The position numbers and the translations under genes are program-made. Shown here piece after piece: positions 1 through 10,889 of a DNA stretch of 46,194 nucleotides. The stretch's first letter is position 1. The number at the start of each line of letters is the position of its first letter. Source of the stretch: Desulfonatronovibrionaceae bacterium. Lineage in GTDB: Bacteria > Desulfobacterota > Desulfovibrionia > Desulfovibrionales > Desulfonatronovibrionaceae. The stretch is from NCBI GenBank assembly GCA_046539845.1, contig JBKHGE010000015.1, positions 1 through 46,194 on the forward strand, given 5' to 3'. The notes under the pieces were generated by a model, which saw only the letters and a list, made by a program, of their open reading frames with translations, searched no databases and had not been told where the DNA came from.

Positions 1-151
1 ACGAAAAAAGTTGCTGGGTAACGATATTAAAACATAAATTGCGTTGTAGGGTTAAGATGTACCTTTCAGTGAATGGTTTGCCGGATGTTTTGTGGGCCAC
101 CCTCCTGTACTGTGCGACGAACTGCAAATCCATAGGTGGCGTCCAAGAGGA

Positions 152-1000
152 ATGCTAAAGAAATGTACCTGGGTAATCTTTGCCTGTCTGGTTCTTTATC
201 TGGGGCTTTATACCTGGAACTGGAAGACGCACTATCTGGATAGGGTGGCAGCACATTCCGGGCTGGAGGCGGCTGGCTGGATACTCAAGCCCGGGGATTA
301 TATCCTGGATAAGGTCGGGACGCTGTGGAAGCGCTACGTCTATCTGGTGGATGTCCGCCGGGAGAACGAACGCCTGCAAAAGAGACTGGACAGGCTGCAG
401 AACGCCCAGCACGAGCTGCGGGCCAAAGCCGAAGAGGCCGCACGCCTGCAAGGACTTTTGGATTTTGAACCCCCGCCGGGATGGGAGAGCCAGGGAGCCA
501 GGATAGTCGGGCATAAAATGGGCCTGACCGGCGTCCTGGAAACCGTGATCGTGGACAAGGGCGGTAGAGACGGGGTGAGCAGGGATCAGCCGGTGGTCTG
601 CCCGGAAGGGGTAGTGGGTCGCATCTACAAGGTCTCGCCCAATTTCTCTCAGGTGCTTTTGCTCTCTGATCCCAACAGTCGTCTGCCGGTTATAAGCAGT
701 ACACATCGGGTGCAGGCCATTGCCACCGGCCAGGGCCCGGACAGTCCTCTGAATGTGGACTATGTCCCCCTGAACGCCCCCCTGGATAACGAGGAGACCC
801 TTCTTACCTCCGGTTTGGCCGGAGTCTTTCCCAAAGGCTATCCGGTGGCTGAAGTCTCGGGGATCCAGGTCTCAGAGGTCTCTCTTTTCCAGGTGGTCCG
901 GGCCGAGCCTTTGGTCCGTATACGTTCTCTGGAGGAGGTGGTTATCCTGAGCAATCCGGCAAATATCGAGAAACGCAATCTCTTGGACAGCGGCGGGTAG
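152..1000 (+). CDS. mreC: Rod shape-determining protein MreC
   Basis: N-terminal TM helix, coiled coil (ENERLQKRL), IVDKG, GVVGRI and TSGLAGVFPKG motifs; precedes mreD/mrdA/rodA. ATG at 152 preferred over the ORF-track start at 92. Confidence 0.93.
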   Translation: MLKKCTWVIFACLVLYLGLYTWNWKTHYLDRVAAHSGLEAAGWILKPGDYILDKVGTLWKRYVYLVDVRRENERLQKRLDRLQNAQHELRAKAEEAARLQGLLDFEPPPGWESQGARIVGHKMGLTGVLETVIVDKGGRDGVSRDQPVVCPEGVVGRIYKVSPNFSQVLLLSDPNSRLPVISSTHRVQAIATGQGPDSPLNVDYVPLNAPLDNEETLLTSGLAGVFPKGYPVAEVSGIQVSEVSLFQVVRAEPLVRIRSLEEVVILSNPANIEKRNLLDSGG

Positions 1001-1004
1001 CTCC

Positions 1005-1463
1005 ATGCGGATTCTGCTCTTTGTCCTGGCGGTGACATTTCTGGGTATATGGATCGAAGAGGTATTCGGGAGGGTGGAGGCGTTCATGCCCGCGTTCTTG
1101 CTTTTACTCAAGTACGAGCGAACCCAGGCCGCGGCCTGGTCTCTGGTGTGGTGGACCTTTCTTCAGGAAGGGGTGGGTTCTCTGGCCTTCGGGGCCATGT
1201 TTCTTTTTTTGGCCGGGGTATGGATGCTTTTTCACGCCGGGAGCAAATTGTTTGAGAGGGACAATATCTTTTTTATGGGTTGTATGCTGATTCTGGCCGT
1301 TTTCTGGCAGAGACTGGTTATGTGGACGATCTCCGGTCTGCAGGATATTGAGCCCGCTTTTTCTCTTGCGGCCCCCGGGGATATGCTTGTGCAGCTTTGG
1401 GTGTATCTGGTCCTGTTCATAGTCTATTCGGCGGGGTTCAATCGTCTTGTTCCGGGAAAATGA
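1005..1463 (+). CDS. mreD: Rod shape-determining membrane protein MreD (divergent)
   Basis: 152-aa polytopic hydrophobic protein between mreC and mrdA; call rests mainly on synteny. Confidence 0.75.
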   Translation: MRILLFVLAVTFLGIWIEEVFGRVEAFMPAFLLLLKYERTQAAAWSLVWWTFLQEGVGSLAFGAMFLFLAGVWMLFHAGSKLFERDNIFFMGCMLILAVFWQRLVMWTISGLQDIEPAFSLAAPGDMLVQLWVYLVLFIVYSAGFNRLVPGK

Positions 1464-3246
1464 TGCCCGCAGGGAGTTTTTCTGGCGGGAGAAGCTCGGG
1501 CCCGGCCTGATTGTCTTCCTCATAGTCGCCCTTTTTTCGGTTTTCGGACTCAGGCTGTGGTATCTGCAGATATATAAAGGGGAGTATTTCGTCCGCCAGT
1601 CCGAGGACAACCGGCAGAGGCGTCTTTCTCTGTACGCGCCCCGCGGCCGGCTTTTGGACCGTGACGGCCGGCTGTTGGCCATAAACGAGCCTTCGTACAG
1701 CCTGGCCATAGTCCGCGAGGACTGTGGGGATATAAGCGAGACCCTTTCCGAGATAAGCCGAAGGACCGGCGTGTCATTGGGGACACTCCGGGAGAACTAT
1801 GAACTGGGCAAGAAGAATGTCAAGGCGTTCAACAATCAGGTCTTGATCCCGGATATCTCTTTTACCCAGCTGGCCCATATCCAGGGCCATGCCCAGCACT
1901 TGCCCGGTGTGCACATCGTGGTCCGGCCACAGCGGCACTACGTGGCCCCCAAGGTCTTGTCCCACGTCCTGGGGTACGTGGCCCAGCCGAACGAAAAGGA
2001 GCTTATCGCTAACCAAGAGCTCGGACCAGGGGACAATGTGGGAAAGCAGGGGCTGGAGGCGGTCCTGGAAGACCGCCTGCGTGGAGACAAGGGGCTTAAG
2101 CAGTTGGAAGTGGACGCAGTGGGCCGGATAATCAGGGAGGAGACCCTGGTCAGCCCGCGGCCGGGCGAGGACATCCGCCTGAGTCTGGATCTCGAGCTCC
2201 AGCGCAAGGTTTACGGGCTGATGCAGGACAAGTCCGGCGGGGTTGTGGTCATGAATCCGGATACCGGACGGATCATGTCTCTGGTGAGTTCTCCCGGCTA
2301 CGACAGCAACAGCCTCGCCCGGGGCCTGAGCTCAGAAAAATGGCAGGAACTGGCAACTGATCCTGCTCACCCCCTGCAGAACAGATGCATTCAGAGCACC
2401 TATCCCCCGGGTTCGATATTCAAACTGGTGGTGGCCGCCAGCGGTCTGATGCATGAAGAGATTGAGCCGGAAAAGACCGTTTATTGTTCCGGAAAATACA
2501 AACTAGGCCGCAGGGAGTTCCGCTGCTGGAGGAGGAAGGGGCACGGCCGCGTGGATTTTGAGCGTTCCCTGGTCGAGTCCTGCGACGTATATTACTACAA
2601 ACTGGGCGAGGATCTCGGACCGGACCGTTTGGCTGAATTCGCCCGGGAATGCGGTTTCGGGCAGAAGACCGGGGTGGATTTTCCCTATGAAAACACCGGG
2701 CTGATTCCGGATCGGGCCTGGAAAAAGAAGAGGTTTGGCGAGTCCTGGCAGGGGGGGGAGACTTTGAATATGTCCATTGGCCAAGGAGCGGTCCAGGTCA
2801 CCCCACTGCAGGTGGCCGGGTATGTGAGCGCCCTTCTGAATGGGGGCCGACTCTACCGTCCGTCGTTCATACTCTCCCGGTCCAGACTCGATCCGAAAGA
2901 GATCCCGGTGGACGCCAAGACCCGGGACATGATCGTCCGGAGCATGATCAAGACCGTGGAGGAGCCGCACGGCACTGCCTGGCGCCTGCGGACTTCGGAC
3001 GCAACCATCGGCGGGAAGACCGGGACCGCCCAGGTAGTCAAGCTTTTGGATAAATACGAGGACATGGACCTGGATGAGATCGCCTACAGGTTCCGGGATC
3101 ATGCCTGGATGGCCAGTTTCGGGATTAAGGGGGGCAAGAGATACGTGGTCGTGGCCCTGGTGGAGCACGGCGGACACGGGAGCTCAGCCGCAGGCCCGAT
3201 AGTCAAGGAGGTCTATGATTATCTGTTTTCCGGGGACGGTGCATAA
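1447..3246 (+). CDS. mrdA: Penicillin-binding protein 2 (transpeptidase)
   Basis: APRGRLLDRDG, SxxK (GSIFK), SCDVYYY and KTGTAQ motifs; TTG start uncertain. Confidence 0.96.
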   Translation: MFRENDARREFFWREKLGPGLIVFLIVALFSVFGLRLWYLQIYKGEYFVRQSEDNRQRRLSLYAPRGRLLDRDGRLLAINEPSYSLAIVREDCGDISETLSEISRRTGVSLGTLRENYELGKKNVKAFNNQVLIPDISFTQLAHIQGHAQHLPGVHIVVRPQRHYVAPKVLSHVLGYVAQPNEKELIANQELGPGDNVGKQGLEAVLEDRLRGDKGLKQLEVDAVGRIIREETLVSPRPGEDIRLSLDLELQRKVYGLMQDKSGGVVVMNPDTGRIMSLVSSPGYDSNSLARGLSSEKWQELATDPAHPLQNRCIQSTYPPGSIFKLVVAASGLMHEEIEPEKTVYCSGKYKLGRREFRCWRRKGHGRVDFERSLVESCDVYYYKLGEDLGPDRLAEFARECGFGQKTGVDFPYENTGLIPDRAWKKKRFGESWQGGETLNMSIGQGAVQVTPLQVAGYVSALLNGGRLYRPSFILSRSRLDPKEIPVDAKTRDMIVRSMIKTVEEPHGTAWRLRTSDATIGGKTGTAQVVKLLDKYEDMDLDEIAYRFRDHAWMASFGIKGGKRYVVVALVEHGGHGSSAAGPIVKEVYDYLFSGDGA

Positions 3247-3249
3247 GCC

Positions 3250-4359
3250 ATGTTTGACCGCAGGCTGATCGCGCACATAAACTGGCTGGTAGTGGGGCTG
3301 ATCCTCATTTTGTTCGCCGCCGGGGTGCTTAATCTTTACTCAGCCAGCTCACTGCGGCTGGAAAGCGGGGTCTCGGTGACCCCTTTCTATAAGAAGCAGC
3401 TCTTGTGGGGGGGCGTGGCCCTGGGGGGCATGTTTTTATGCCTGATTTTTGATTACCGCTATCTATTTGCCGCCTCCTGGTACTTGTATGCCCTGTGCGT
3501 AGTCCTTCTGGTGTGGGTTTTCTGGTCCGGAAAAGTCATTGGCGGCTCCCAACGCTGGCTGGATCTGGTGTTTTTCAACCTTCAGCCGGCAGAGGTGGCC
3601 AAGGTGAGTGTTATCGTCCTGGCGGCCAGGATGCTCTCCAAGGTGGAGGGTTTGGTGGGTTGGAGGGATCTGATCAAGATCACAGTCGCCCTGACTGTCC
3701 CGGTGGCGCTCATAGTCAAGCAGCCGGATCTGGGGACCGGCTTGAGCCTGCTACTCATTGTCGGGGGGATGGTTTTGTATTCCGGCCTGCGTTCCGGGGT
3801 CCTCCGAGCCATAATGCTCGCCCTGCCCCTGATTTTGCCCTTGGTATGGTTTCAGCTGCACGAATACCAGAAAAAGCGCATTTTGACTTTTTTAAACCCG
3901 GAAAACGACCCCTTGGGCGCCGGTTACCACATCATCCAGTCCAAGATCGCCATCGGCTCGGGCGGGTTCTGGGGCAAGGGGTTTCTGGAGGGTAGTCAGA
4001 GTCAGTTGCGTTTTTTGCCGGAAAAGCATACAGATTTTGCTTTTGCCGTATTCAGCGAGGAGTGGGGGTTTGTCGGGGCGATGCTCCTTCTGATCCTGTT
4101 TTGCTCCCTGTTGTATCAGATATTCCGGGTATCGCTGGAATCCAAGGACGATTTCGGCCGCTATCTGTGTATCGGGGTGTTTTTTTATTTTTTCTGGCAG
4201 ATCGTGGTCAACATAGGCATGGTGCTGGGGCTGATGCCGGTCGTGGGCATGCCCCTGCCCTTTATAAGCTACGGGGGAAGCGCCTCTGTGGTCAATTTTT
4301 GTCTGGTGGGATTGGTTTTGAACGTGTCCATGCGCAGGTTCATGTTCAAACGCAAGTAG
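3250..4359 (+). CDS. rodA: SEDS glycosyltransferase RodA
   Basis: KQPDLGT, GYHIIQSKIAIGSGG, PEKHTDF and PFISYGGS motifs. Confidence 0.97.
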   Translation: MFDRRLIAHINWLVVGLILILFAAGVLNLYSASSLRLESGVSVTPFYKKQLLWGGVALGGMFLCLIFDYRYLFAASWYLYALCVVLLVWVFWSGKVIGGSQRWLDLVFFNLQPAEVAKVSVIVLAARMLSKVEGLVGWRDLIKITVALTVPVALIVKQPDLGTGLSLLLIVGGMVLYSGLRSGVLRAIMLALPLILPLVWFQLHEYQKKRILTFLNPENDPLGAGYHIIQSKIAIGSGGFWGKGFLEGSQSQLRFLPEKHTDFAFAVFSEEWGFVGAMLLLILFCSLLYQIFRVSLESKDDFGRYLCIGVFFYFFWQIVVNIGMVLGLMPVVGMPLPFISYGGSASVVNFCLVGLVLNVSMRRFMFKRK

Positions 4360-4387
4360 GATTTTGAAAGCGGGAGCGAAAGTAAAA

Positions 4388-4774
4388 ATGGCCAAAGAAG
4401 AAATTAATGCCTTTCTAGGAACAGGGACCTCCTATCAGGGGAAGCTTATTTTTCAGGGGTCTGTACGCATAGACGGGGATTTTAACGGGGAAATCGAGTC
4501 CGAAGGGACCCTGGTGGTGGGCAAAGAGGCCCGGGTGAAAGGGACGATCAGCGTAGGACAGCTGGTGCAGAGCGGCGGCATAGAGGGCGATGTCCGGGCC
4601 ACGGAAAAGGCGGTCTTGTACAAGGACGCAAATTTTTACGGTACACTTCAGGCCCCGGTCATGGTGGTCGAGGAGGGAGCCAAGGTCAAAGGCCAGATCA
4701 ATATGGAAGACAACGGCCAGGCCCCGGCCACAGGAGCTGTGGAAGAGAAGCACACCGATCCGGACAAGGGGTAG
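4388..4774 (+). CDS. Bactofilin (polymer-forming cytoskeletal protein, CcmA family)
   Basis: FLGTGTSYQGKLIFQGSVRIDG beta-helix repeats; GGGAG RBS before ATG 4388. Confidence 0.9.
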   Translation: MAKEEINAFLGTGTSYQGKLIFQGSVRIDGDFNGEIESEGTLVVGKEARVKGTISVGQLVQSGGIEGDVRATEKAVLYKDANFYGTLQAPVMVVEEGAKVKGQINMEDNGQAPATGAVEEKHTDPDKG

Positions 4775-4781
4775 GAAAAAA

Positions 4782-4799
4782 TTGTGAAAACCCGCACAA
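4782..4799. promoter_or_regulatory. Putative Rex operator upstream of the atp operon
   Basis: TTGTGAAAACCCGCACAA versus Rex consensus TTGTGAA-N4-TTCACAA (12 of 14 specified positions match). Confidence 0.6.
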
Positions 4800-4856
4800 T
4801 GCAGGCCTGACAAAGTCTGAAGCGAGCAAAAGACACTGATTCCGAGCAAAAATGCT

Positions 4857-4885
4857 TTGACACGTTTTTTTAAATTGGCTAAAGG
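4857..4885 (+). promoter_or_regulatory. Possible sigma70 promoter of the atp operon
   Basis: TTGACA-17 bp-TAAAGG; weak -10. Confidence 0.4.
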
Positions 4886-4929
4886 CCATCTGACTTTGAA
4901 CCAAAATTCACATACTCTGAGGGGGCGGT

Positions 4930-5352
4930 ATGATAGAACTCAATGAACTCTTCTTCATTCAGCTGGTGAATTTTCTGATTATTCTTTTGGTCTTGAACCT
5001 GATCCTCTATCGGCCGATCCGCGGGATCATCAAGAAGCGGGCCGATCTCATGGCTCAAGGGCTGGATGAGGCGGAGAAGTTTTCCGCCGAGGCGAATAAG
5101 AAGATGGAATCCTATGAGGAGAGGCTGAAGGAAGCCCGTAAGGAGGCCAATGAGATCCGCGTGGGCAAAAAGGAAGCAGGACAATCCGAGGAGCAGGTCC
5201 TGCTGGATGCCGCCGGCAACGAGGCGGCCGAAATTCTGCGGGAGGCCAAGGAAAAGATCACCAAGGAAAAGGAGTCTGCTTTGTCCTCGCTGAAGGGCAA
5301 GGTGGACGAGTTCGCCCAGAAGGCTGCGGATAAAGTGCTGGGCCAAGCCTAA
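4930..5352 (+). CDS. atpF: ATP synthase F0 subunit b'
   Basis: FIQLVNF...LYRPI N-terminal TM followed by a charged helix; first of two b-type genes. Confidence 0.9.
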   Translation: MIELNELFFIQLVNFLIILLVLNLILYRPIRGIIKKRADLMAQGLDEAEKFSAEANKKMESYEERLKEARKEANEIRVGKKEAGQSEEQVLLDAAGNEAAEILREAKEKITKEKESALSSLKGKVDEFAQKAADKVLGQA

Positions 5353-5386
5353 ATATATTTTTTGGACAATCAAGGAGGGGCACGCT

Positions 5387-5953
5387 TTGAGACACTGCAA
5401 ACTGATTTGTATGGCTCTGGCCGTGATCGCGCTCACTGCCGGCTCAGCGCTGGCGGCCGAAGGCGGTGCGGACAGCTCCAAGCTGTGGAATCTTTTGTGG
5501 AGGGTGATAAATTTTGTCATCTTTGCCTGGATTCTCTACAAGCTGGCCGGAAAAAGGATCAAAGAATTCTTTAGTGGCCGTACCTACAGGATCGAAAACG
5601 AGTTCCAGGATCTGGAGAAGCGCAAGGTTGATGCGGAAAAGAGGCTAAAAGAAGTGGAGAGCAGGATATCCAATCTGGAGCAGGAAAGAGAGGATATTCT
5701 AAACGCCGCCCGGGAGCAGGGCGAGGCCTTGAAGCAGAGCATTGTGGACAAGGCGGAAAAGTCCGCCGAGCAGATCCGGGAGCAGGCCCGGAAGGGTGCA
5801 GAGCAGGAAGCGCATCAGGCCATCCTGGCCCTGCGGGCGGAGATGGCGGAGATGGTTTCCGAGGCCGCGGAAAAGTTGGTCCAGGAGAAGCTGACTCAGG
5901 ATCAGCACAAGAATTTGATTAACGACTATCTTACAAAGGTGGTGCTAAATTGA
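5387..5953 (+). CDS. atpF: ATP synthase F0 subunit b
   Basis: WRVINFVIF TM plus coiled coil; AAGGAGG RBS before TTG start. Confidence 0.92.
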   Translation: MRHCKLICMALAVIALTAGSALAAEGGADSSKLWNLLWRVINFVIFAWILYKLAGKRIKEFFSGRTYRIENEFQDLEKRKVDAEKRLKEVESRISNLEQEREDILNAAREQGEALKQSIVDKAEKSAEQIREQARKGAEQEAHQAILALRAEMAEMVSEAAEKLVQEKLTQDQHKNLINDYLTKVVLN

Positions 5954-6501
5954 GCCGGGACATAATAGCAAGAAGGTACTCACGCGCCCTTTTTGCCATC
6001 GGACAGGAGCAGGGCGAGGAACAGCTTGCCGCCTTTGGCAGGGATCTTTTTGATATTTCCGAAGTGCTGCAGCAGAGCCCGGAACTGATGCGCGTCTTTC
6101 GCAATCCGGTTTTCAGCGCTGAGGAAAAAAAGGCGGTTGTGGAGAAGATCTTAAGCAAGGTCAATCCTTCCAAGATGGTCAGCAACTTCTGTCTGTTTCT
6201 GGCGGACAAGGACAGGCTGGCCTTTTTGCCGGAGATCGCCGAGAATTACAGCTCTCTTCTGGACGAGGCCCAGGGCGTTTTGCGGGGCGAGCTGATAACC
6301 GCCGTGGACTTGGATCAGGATATGAAGGAAAAGGTCAAGCAAAGGCTTGAAGACCAATCCGGGCACACGGTTCATCTTGAGTATGACGTGGACCAGGAGA
6401 TTATCGGCGGACTCAAGCTCAAGGTCGGGGATAAAGTTCTGGACGCCAGCATAAAGGCGCAACTGGAAATTTTGAAAGAAAATATCAAGAGGGGTGAGTA
6501 G
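5950..6501 (+). CDS. atpH: ATP synthase F1 delta subunit
   Basis: [10 protein letters not shown] and [17 protein letters not shown] motifs. Confidence 0.96.
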   Translation: MSRDIIARRYSRALFAIGQEQGEEQLAAFGRDLFDISEVLQQSPELMRVFRNPVFSAEEKKAVVEKILSKVNPSKMVSNFCLFLADKDRLAFLPEIAENYSSLLDEAQGVLRGELITAVDLDQDMKEKVKQRLEDQSGHTVHLEYDVDQEIIGGLKLKVGDKVLDASIKAQLEILKENIKRGE

Positions 6502-6506
6502 CGGCT

Positions 6507-8015
6507 ATGCAAATCAAAGCAGAAGAAATCAGCCAGATTATCGAGGACCAGATCAAGAACTACGAGCAGCGCGTGGAAATGAGCGAGACCGGCGTTGTTC
6601 TGTCCGTTGGTGACGGTATCGCCAGGGTATATGGAGTGGATAACGCCATGGCCATGGAACTCCTTGAGTTCCCCGGCGGAGTCAACGGGATGGTCTTGAA
6701 TCTGGAAGAGGACAGCGTAGGTGTCGTTCTTCTGGGGGAGGACACGGAAATCAAAGAAGGCGACCTGGTCAAGCGGACCGGTAAGATCGTTCAGGTCCCG
6801 GTCGGAGATGCGGTAAAAGGCCGCGTCATTGATCCCCTGGGCAATCCTCTTGACGGTCTGGGCCCGATTCAGACCACTGAATACGGCATGCTTGAGAGCA
6901 AGGCCCCGGGAATCGTCCCCCGCAAATCGGTTCACGAGCCCATGTATACCGGACTTAAGGCCATTGACGCCATGACTCCGATAGGCCGCGGTCAGCGTGA
7001 GCTGATTATCGGAGACCGCCAGGTGGGAAAGACAGCTATCGGTGTGGACTCCATCCTGGCCCAGAAGGATTCGGACGTGCATTGCTTTTATGTGGCCATC
7101 GGCCAGAAAAAGGCGTCCGTGGCCCAGGTCGTTGACGTGCTCCGCAAGCACGGGGCTATGGAATACACCACAGTGATCTCCGCTACAGCCGCTGATCCGG
7201 CCCCGATGCAGTTCATTGCCGCCTATGCCGGCTGTGCCATGGGCGAGTATTATCGGGATAGCGGCAAGCACGCTCTGATTATTTACGACGACTTGTCCAA
7301 GCAGGCTGTGGCCTACAGGCAGATGTCCCTGCTTCTGAGGCGCCCCCCCGGACGGGAGGCCTTTCCCGGAGACGTTTTCTATCTCCATTCCCGTCTCCTG
7401 GAACGCGCGGCCAAAATGAGCGATGACAAGGGTGCGGGATCTCTTACTGCCCTGCCCATTATCGAGACCCAGGCCGGTGACGTGTCCGCATATATTCCGA
7501 CAAACGTCATCTCTATTACCGACGGCCAGGTCTACCTGGAACCAGATCTGTTCTACGCAGGTGTCCGCCCGGCCATTAACGTCGGTCTCTCGGTTTCCCG
7601 GGTCGGCGGTTCCGCTCAGGTCAAGGCCATGAAAAAGGTGGCCGGGACTTTGAGGCTTGATCTTGCCCAGTACAGGGAGCTGGCCGCATTCGCCCAGTTC
7701 GGCTCCGATCTGGACAAGGCCACCCAGGAGAAGCTGACCCGCGGCGAGCGCATGGTCGAGCTTTTGAAACAGCCGCAGTATCAGCCCATGCCTGTGGAAG
7801 AGCAGGTGGTCTCCCTTTTTGCCGGGACCAAGGGCTATATGGACGACCTAGAGGTAGAGCAGGTGAGCAAATTTGAGCGGGAGCTGCTCGAATTCTTGCG
7901 CAATCAGAAGCCGGAGGTCCTCTCCGAGATCCGGGAAAAGGAGGATATGGACGACGAAATGGCCAAAAAGGTTGGGGCTGCTATCGACGAGTTCAAGAAG
8001 GGCTTCAAGGCCTAA
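6507..8015 (+). CDS. atpA: ATP synthase F1 alpha subunit
   Basis: GDRQVGKT P-loop, [23 protein letters not shown]. Confidence 0.99.
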   Translation: MQIKAEEISQIIEDQIKNYEQRVEMSETGVVLSVGDGIARVYGVDNAMAMELLEFPGGVNGMVLNLEEDSVGVVLLGEDTEIKEGDLVKRTGKIVQVPVGDAVKGRVIDPLGNPLDGLGPIQTTEYGMLESKAPGIVPRKSVHEPMYTGLKAIDAMTPIGRGQRELIIGDRQVGKTAIGVDSILAQKDSDVHCFYVAIGQKKASVAQVVDVLRKHGAMEYTTVISATAADPAPMQFIAAYAGCAMGEYYRDSGKHALIIYDDLSKQAVAYRQMSLLLRRPPGREAFPGDVFYLHSRLLERAAKMSDDKGAGSLTALPIIETQAGDVSAYIPTNVISITDGQVYLEPDLFYAGVRPAINVGLSVSRVGGSAQVKAMKKVAGTLRLDLAQYRELAAFAQFGSDLDKATQEKLTRGERMVELLKQPQYQPMPVEEQVVSLFAGTKGYMDDLEVEQVSKFERELLEFLRNQKPEVLSEIREKEDMDDEMAKKVGAAIDEFKKGFKA

Positions 8016-8033
8016 ACACGAAGGAGAGATTAG

Positions 8034-8909
8034 ATGGCCTCACTTAGGGACATAAAACAAAAGATCGGCGCAGTTAAGAAGACGAAGCAGATCACCAGGG
8101 CCATGAATATGGTTGCTTCTGCCAAGCTGCGCAATGCTCAGGACAGAATCGAGCGTTTTCGTCCCTATGCTGATAAATACTACGATACCATTGAGGAGCT
8201 TTCTTCCCGGGCGGACAGCAACGCCCATCCCCTTTTGGAAAAAAGGGATGAGATTCAGCGGGTCGGGATAATCCTTGTTACCTCGGATAAGGGGCTGTGC
8301 GGTAGCTTCAATACGAATATCAACAAGGAGGCCAGGACACTGGCCGAAAGATGCCGGGCTGAGGGCAAGGAAGTCAGAGTATTTTGCATAGGGAAAAAGG
8401 GCTGCGATTTCATGCGCAAGAATAATTTTGAGATCGCGGACCGCAAAACCAATGTGATGAATAATTTTGATTTTGAGCTTGCTTTGGATATCGGTGACGA
8501 TATCATTAACAGGTATTTGTCAGCTGAGCTGGACGAGGTGCATATTGTCTACGGCCAGTTCATTAATCTGGTCAAGCAGAAGGCCATTTCGGCCCAGATA
8601 CTACCGGTTGTCCCGGAATCGGGCGAGGAGGAGGCTGCAGACAGCGGTGAATTCATCTTTGAACCTTCGGTGGAAGGGCTTTTGGCCGAACTTCTGCCTA
8701 AGTACGTCAAGGTCCAGATATACCGCGGTCTACTGGATACTTCAGCCAGTGAACATGCGGCCAGGATGAATGCAATGGACAATGCCACCAAGAATTGTGA
8801 TGAAATGGTCGATAGTTTGACCCTAGTATACAATAAAGCCAGACAAGCAAGCATCACAACGGAGCTGATGGACATCGTTGGCGGTGCCGAAGCACTCAAA
8901 CAAGGATAA
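8034..8909 (+). CDS. atpG: ATP synthase F1 gamma subunit
   Basis: SDKGLCGSFN, SEHAARM, YNKARQASITTEL. Confidence 0.99.
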   Translation: MASLRDIKQKIGAVKKTKQITRAMNMVASAKLRNAQDRIERFRPYADKYYDTIEELSSRADSNAHPLLEKRDEIQRVGIILVTSDKGLCGSFNTNINKEARTLAERCRAEGKEVRVFCIGKKGCDFMRKNNFEIADRKTNVMNNFDFELALDIGDDIINRYLSAELDEVHIVYGQFINLVKQKAISAQILPVVPESGEEEAADSGEFIFEPSVEGLLAELLPKYVKVQIYRGLLDTSASEHAARMNAMDNATKNCDEMVDSLTLVYNKARQASITTELMDIVGGAEALKQG

Positions 8910-8925
8910 GAGGGGGCTTGGATAA

Positions 8926-10335
<1,410 letters not shown>

Positions 10336-10348
10336 TTAAGGTGGAATC

Positions 10349-10777
10349 ATGGCCAACACAGTCAAATTAGAGATCGTCACCCCGGACAGGATGCTTATGT
10401 CTGAGGAGGTCGAATATGTGGCCGCGCCTGGTGTGAACGGTGAATTCGGGGTGCTGCCCAACCATATTCCCTTTCTCTCCGCTTTGGGGATCGGCAGTCT
10501 CTTCTACAAGCAGGGCGGCAAAAGATATTATGTCTTTGTCTCTGGCGGCTTTGCCGAGGTCAGCCCGGACAAGGTTTCCGTCCTGGCCGAGATAGCCGAG
10601 AAGGCCGAAGAGATTGACGTGGAAAAGGAGAAAAAAGCGAGAGAGCGGGCGGAGAATAGGCTTGCCGAGCAGCAGGACCGCGAGGCCTATGCCCGGGCTC
10701 AGGCTGCTATCGCTCGGTCCATGCACAGGATCAAGTGCCGGGAGAATGCCGTGCAGGAAGGTACCTGCGCCATCTAG
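10349..10777 (+). CDS. atpC: ATP synthase F1 epsilon subunit
   Basis: LEIVTP, GEFGVLPNH, VSGGFAEV. Confidence 0.97.
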   Translation: MANTVKLEIVTPDRMLMSEEVEYVAAPGVNGEFGVLPNHIPFLSALGIGSLFYKQGGKRYYVFVSGGFAEVSPDKVSVLAEIAEKAEEIDVEKEKKARERAENRLAEQQDREAYARAQAAIARSMHRIKCRENAVQEGTCAI

Positions 10778-10804
10778 CCCTTAACACTTTGATTTCGTTT
10801 ATTT

Positions 10805-10836
10805 AAAAGCCCCACTTCAATCGGTGGGGCTTTTTT
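10805..10836 (+). terminator. Rho-independent terminator after atpC
   Basis: AAAAGCCCCAC-8 nt loop-GTGGGGCTTTTTT. Confidence 0.9.
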
Positions 10837-10837
10837 C

Positions 10838-10866
10838 TTGAAATAGACGCAAATGGCCATTATCCT
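10838..10866 (+). promoter_or_regulatory. Putative sigma70 promoter of glmU
   Basis: TTGAAA-17 bp-TATCCT, 23 bp upstream of the ATG. Confidence 0.55.
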
Positions 10867-10889
10867 TCAACTAGAGGATTGAGGCAAAT

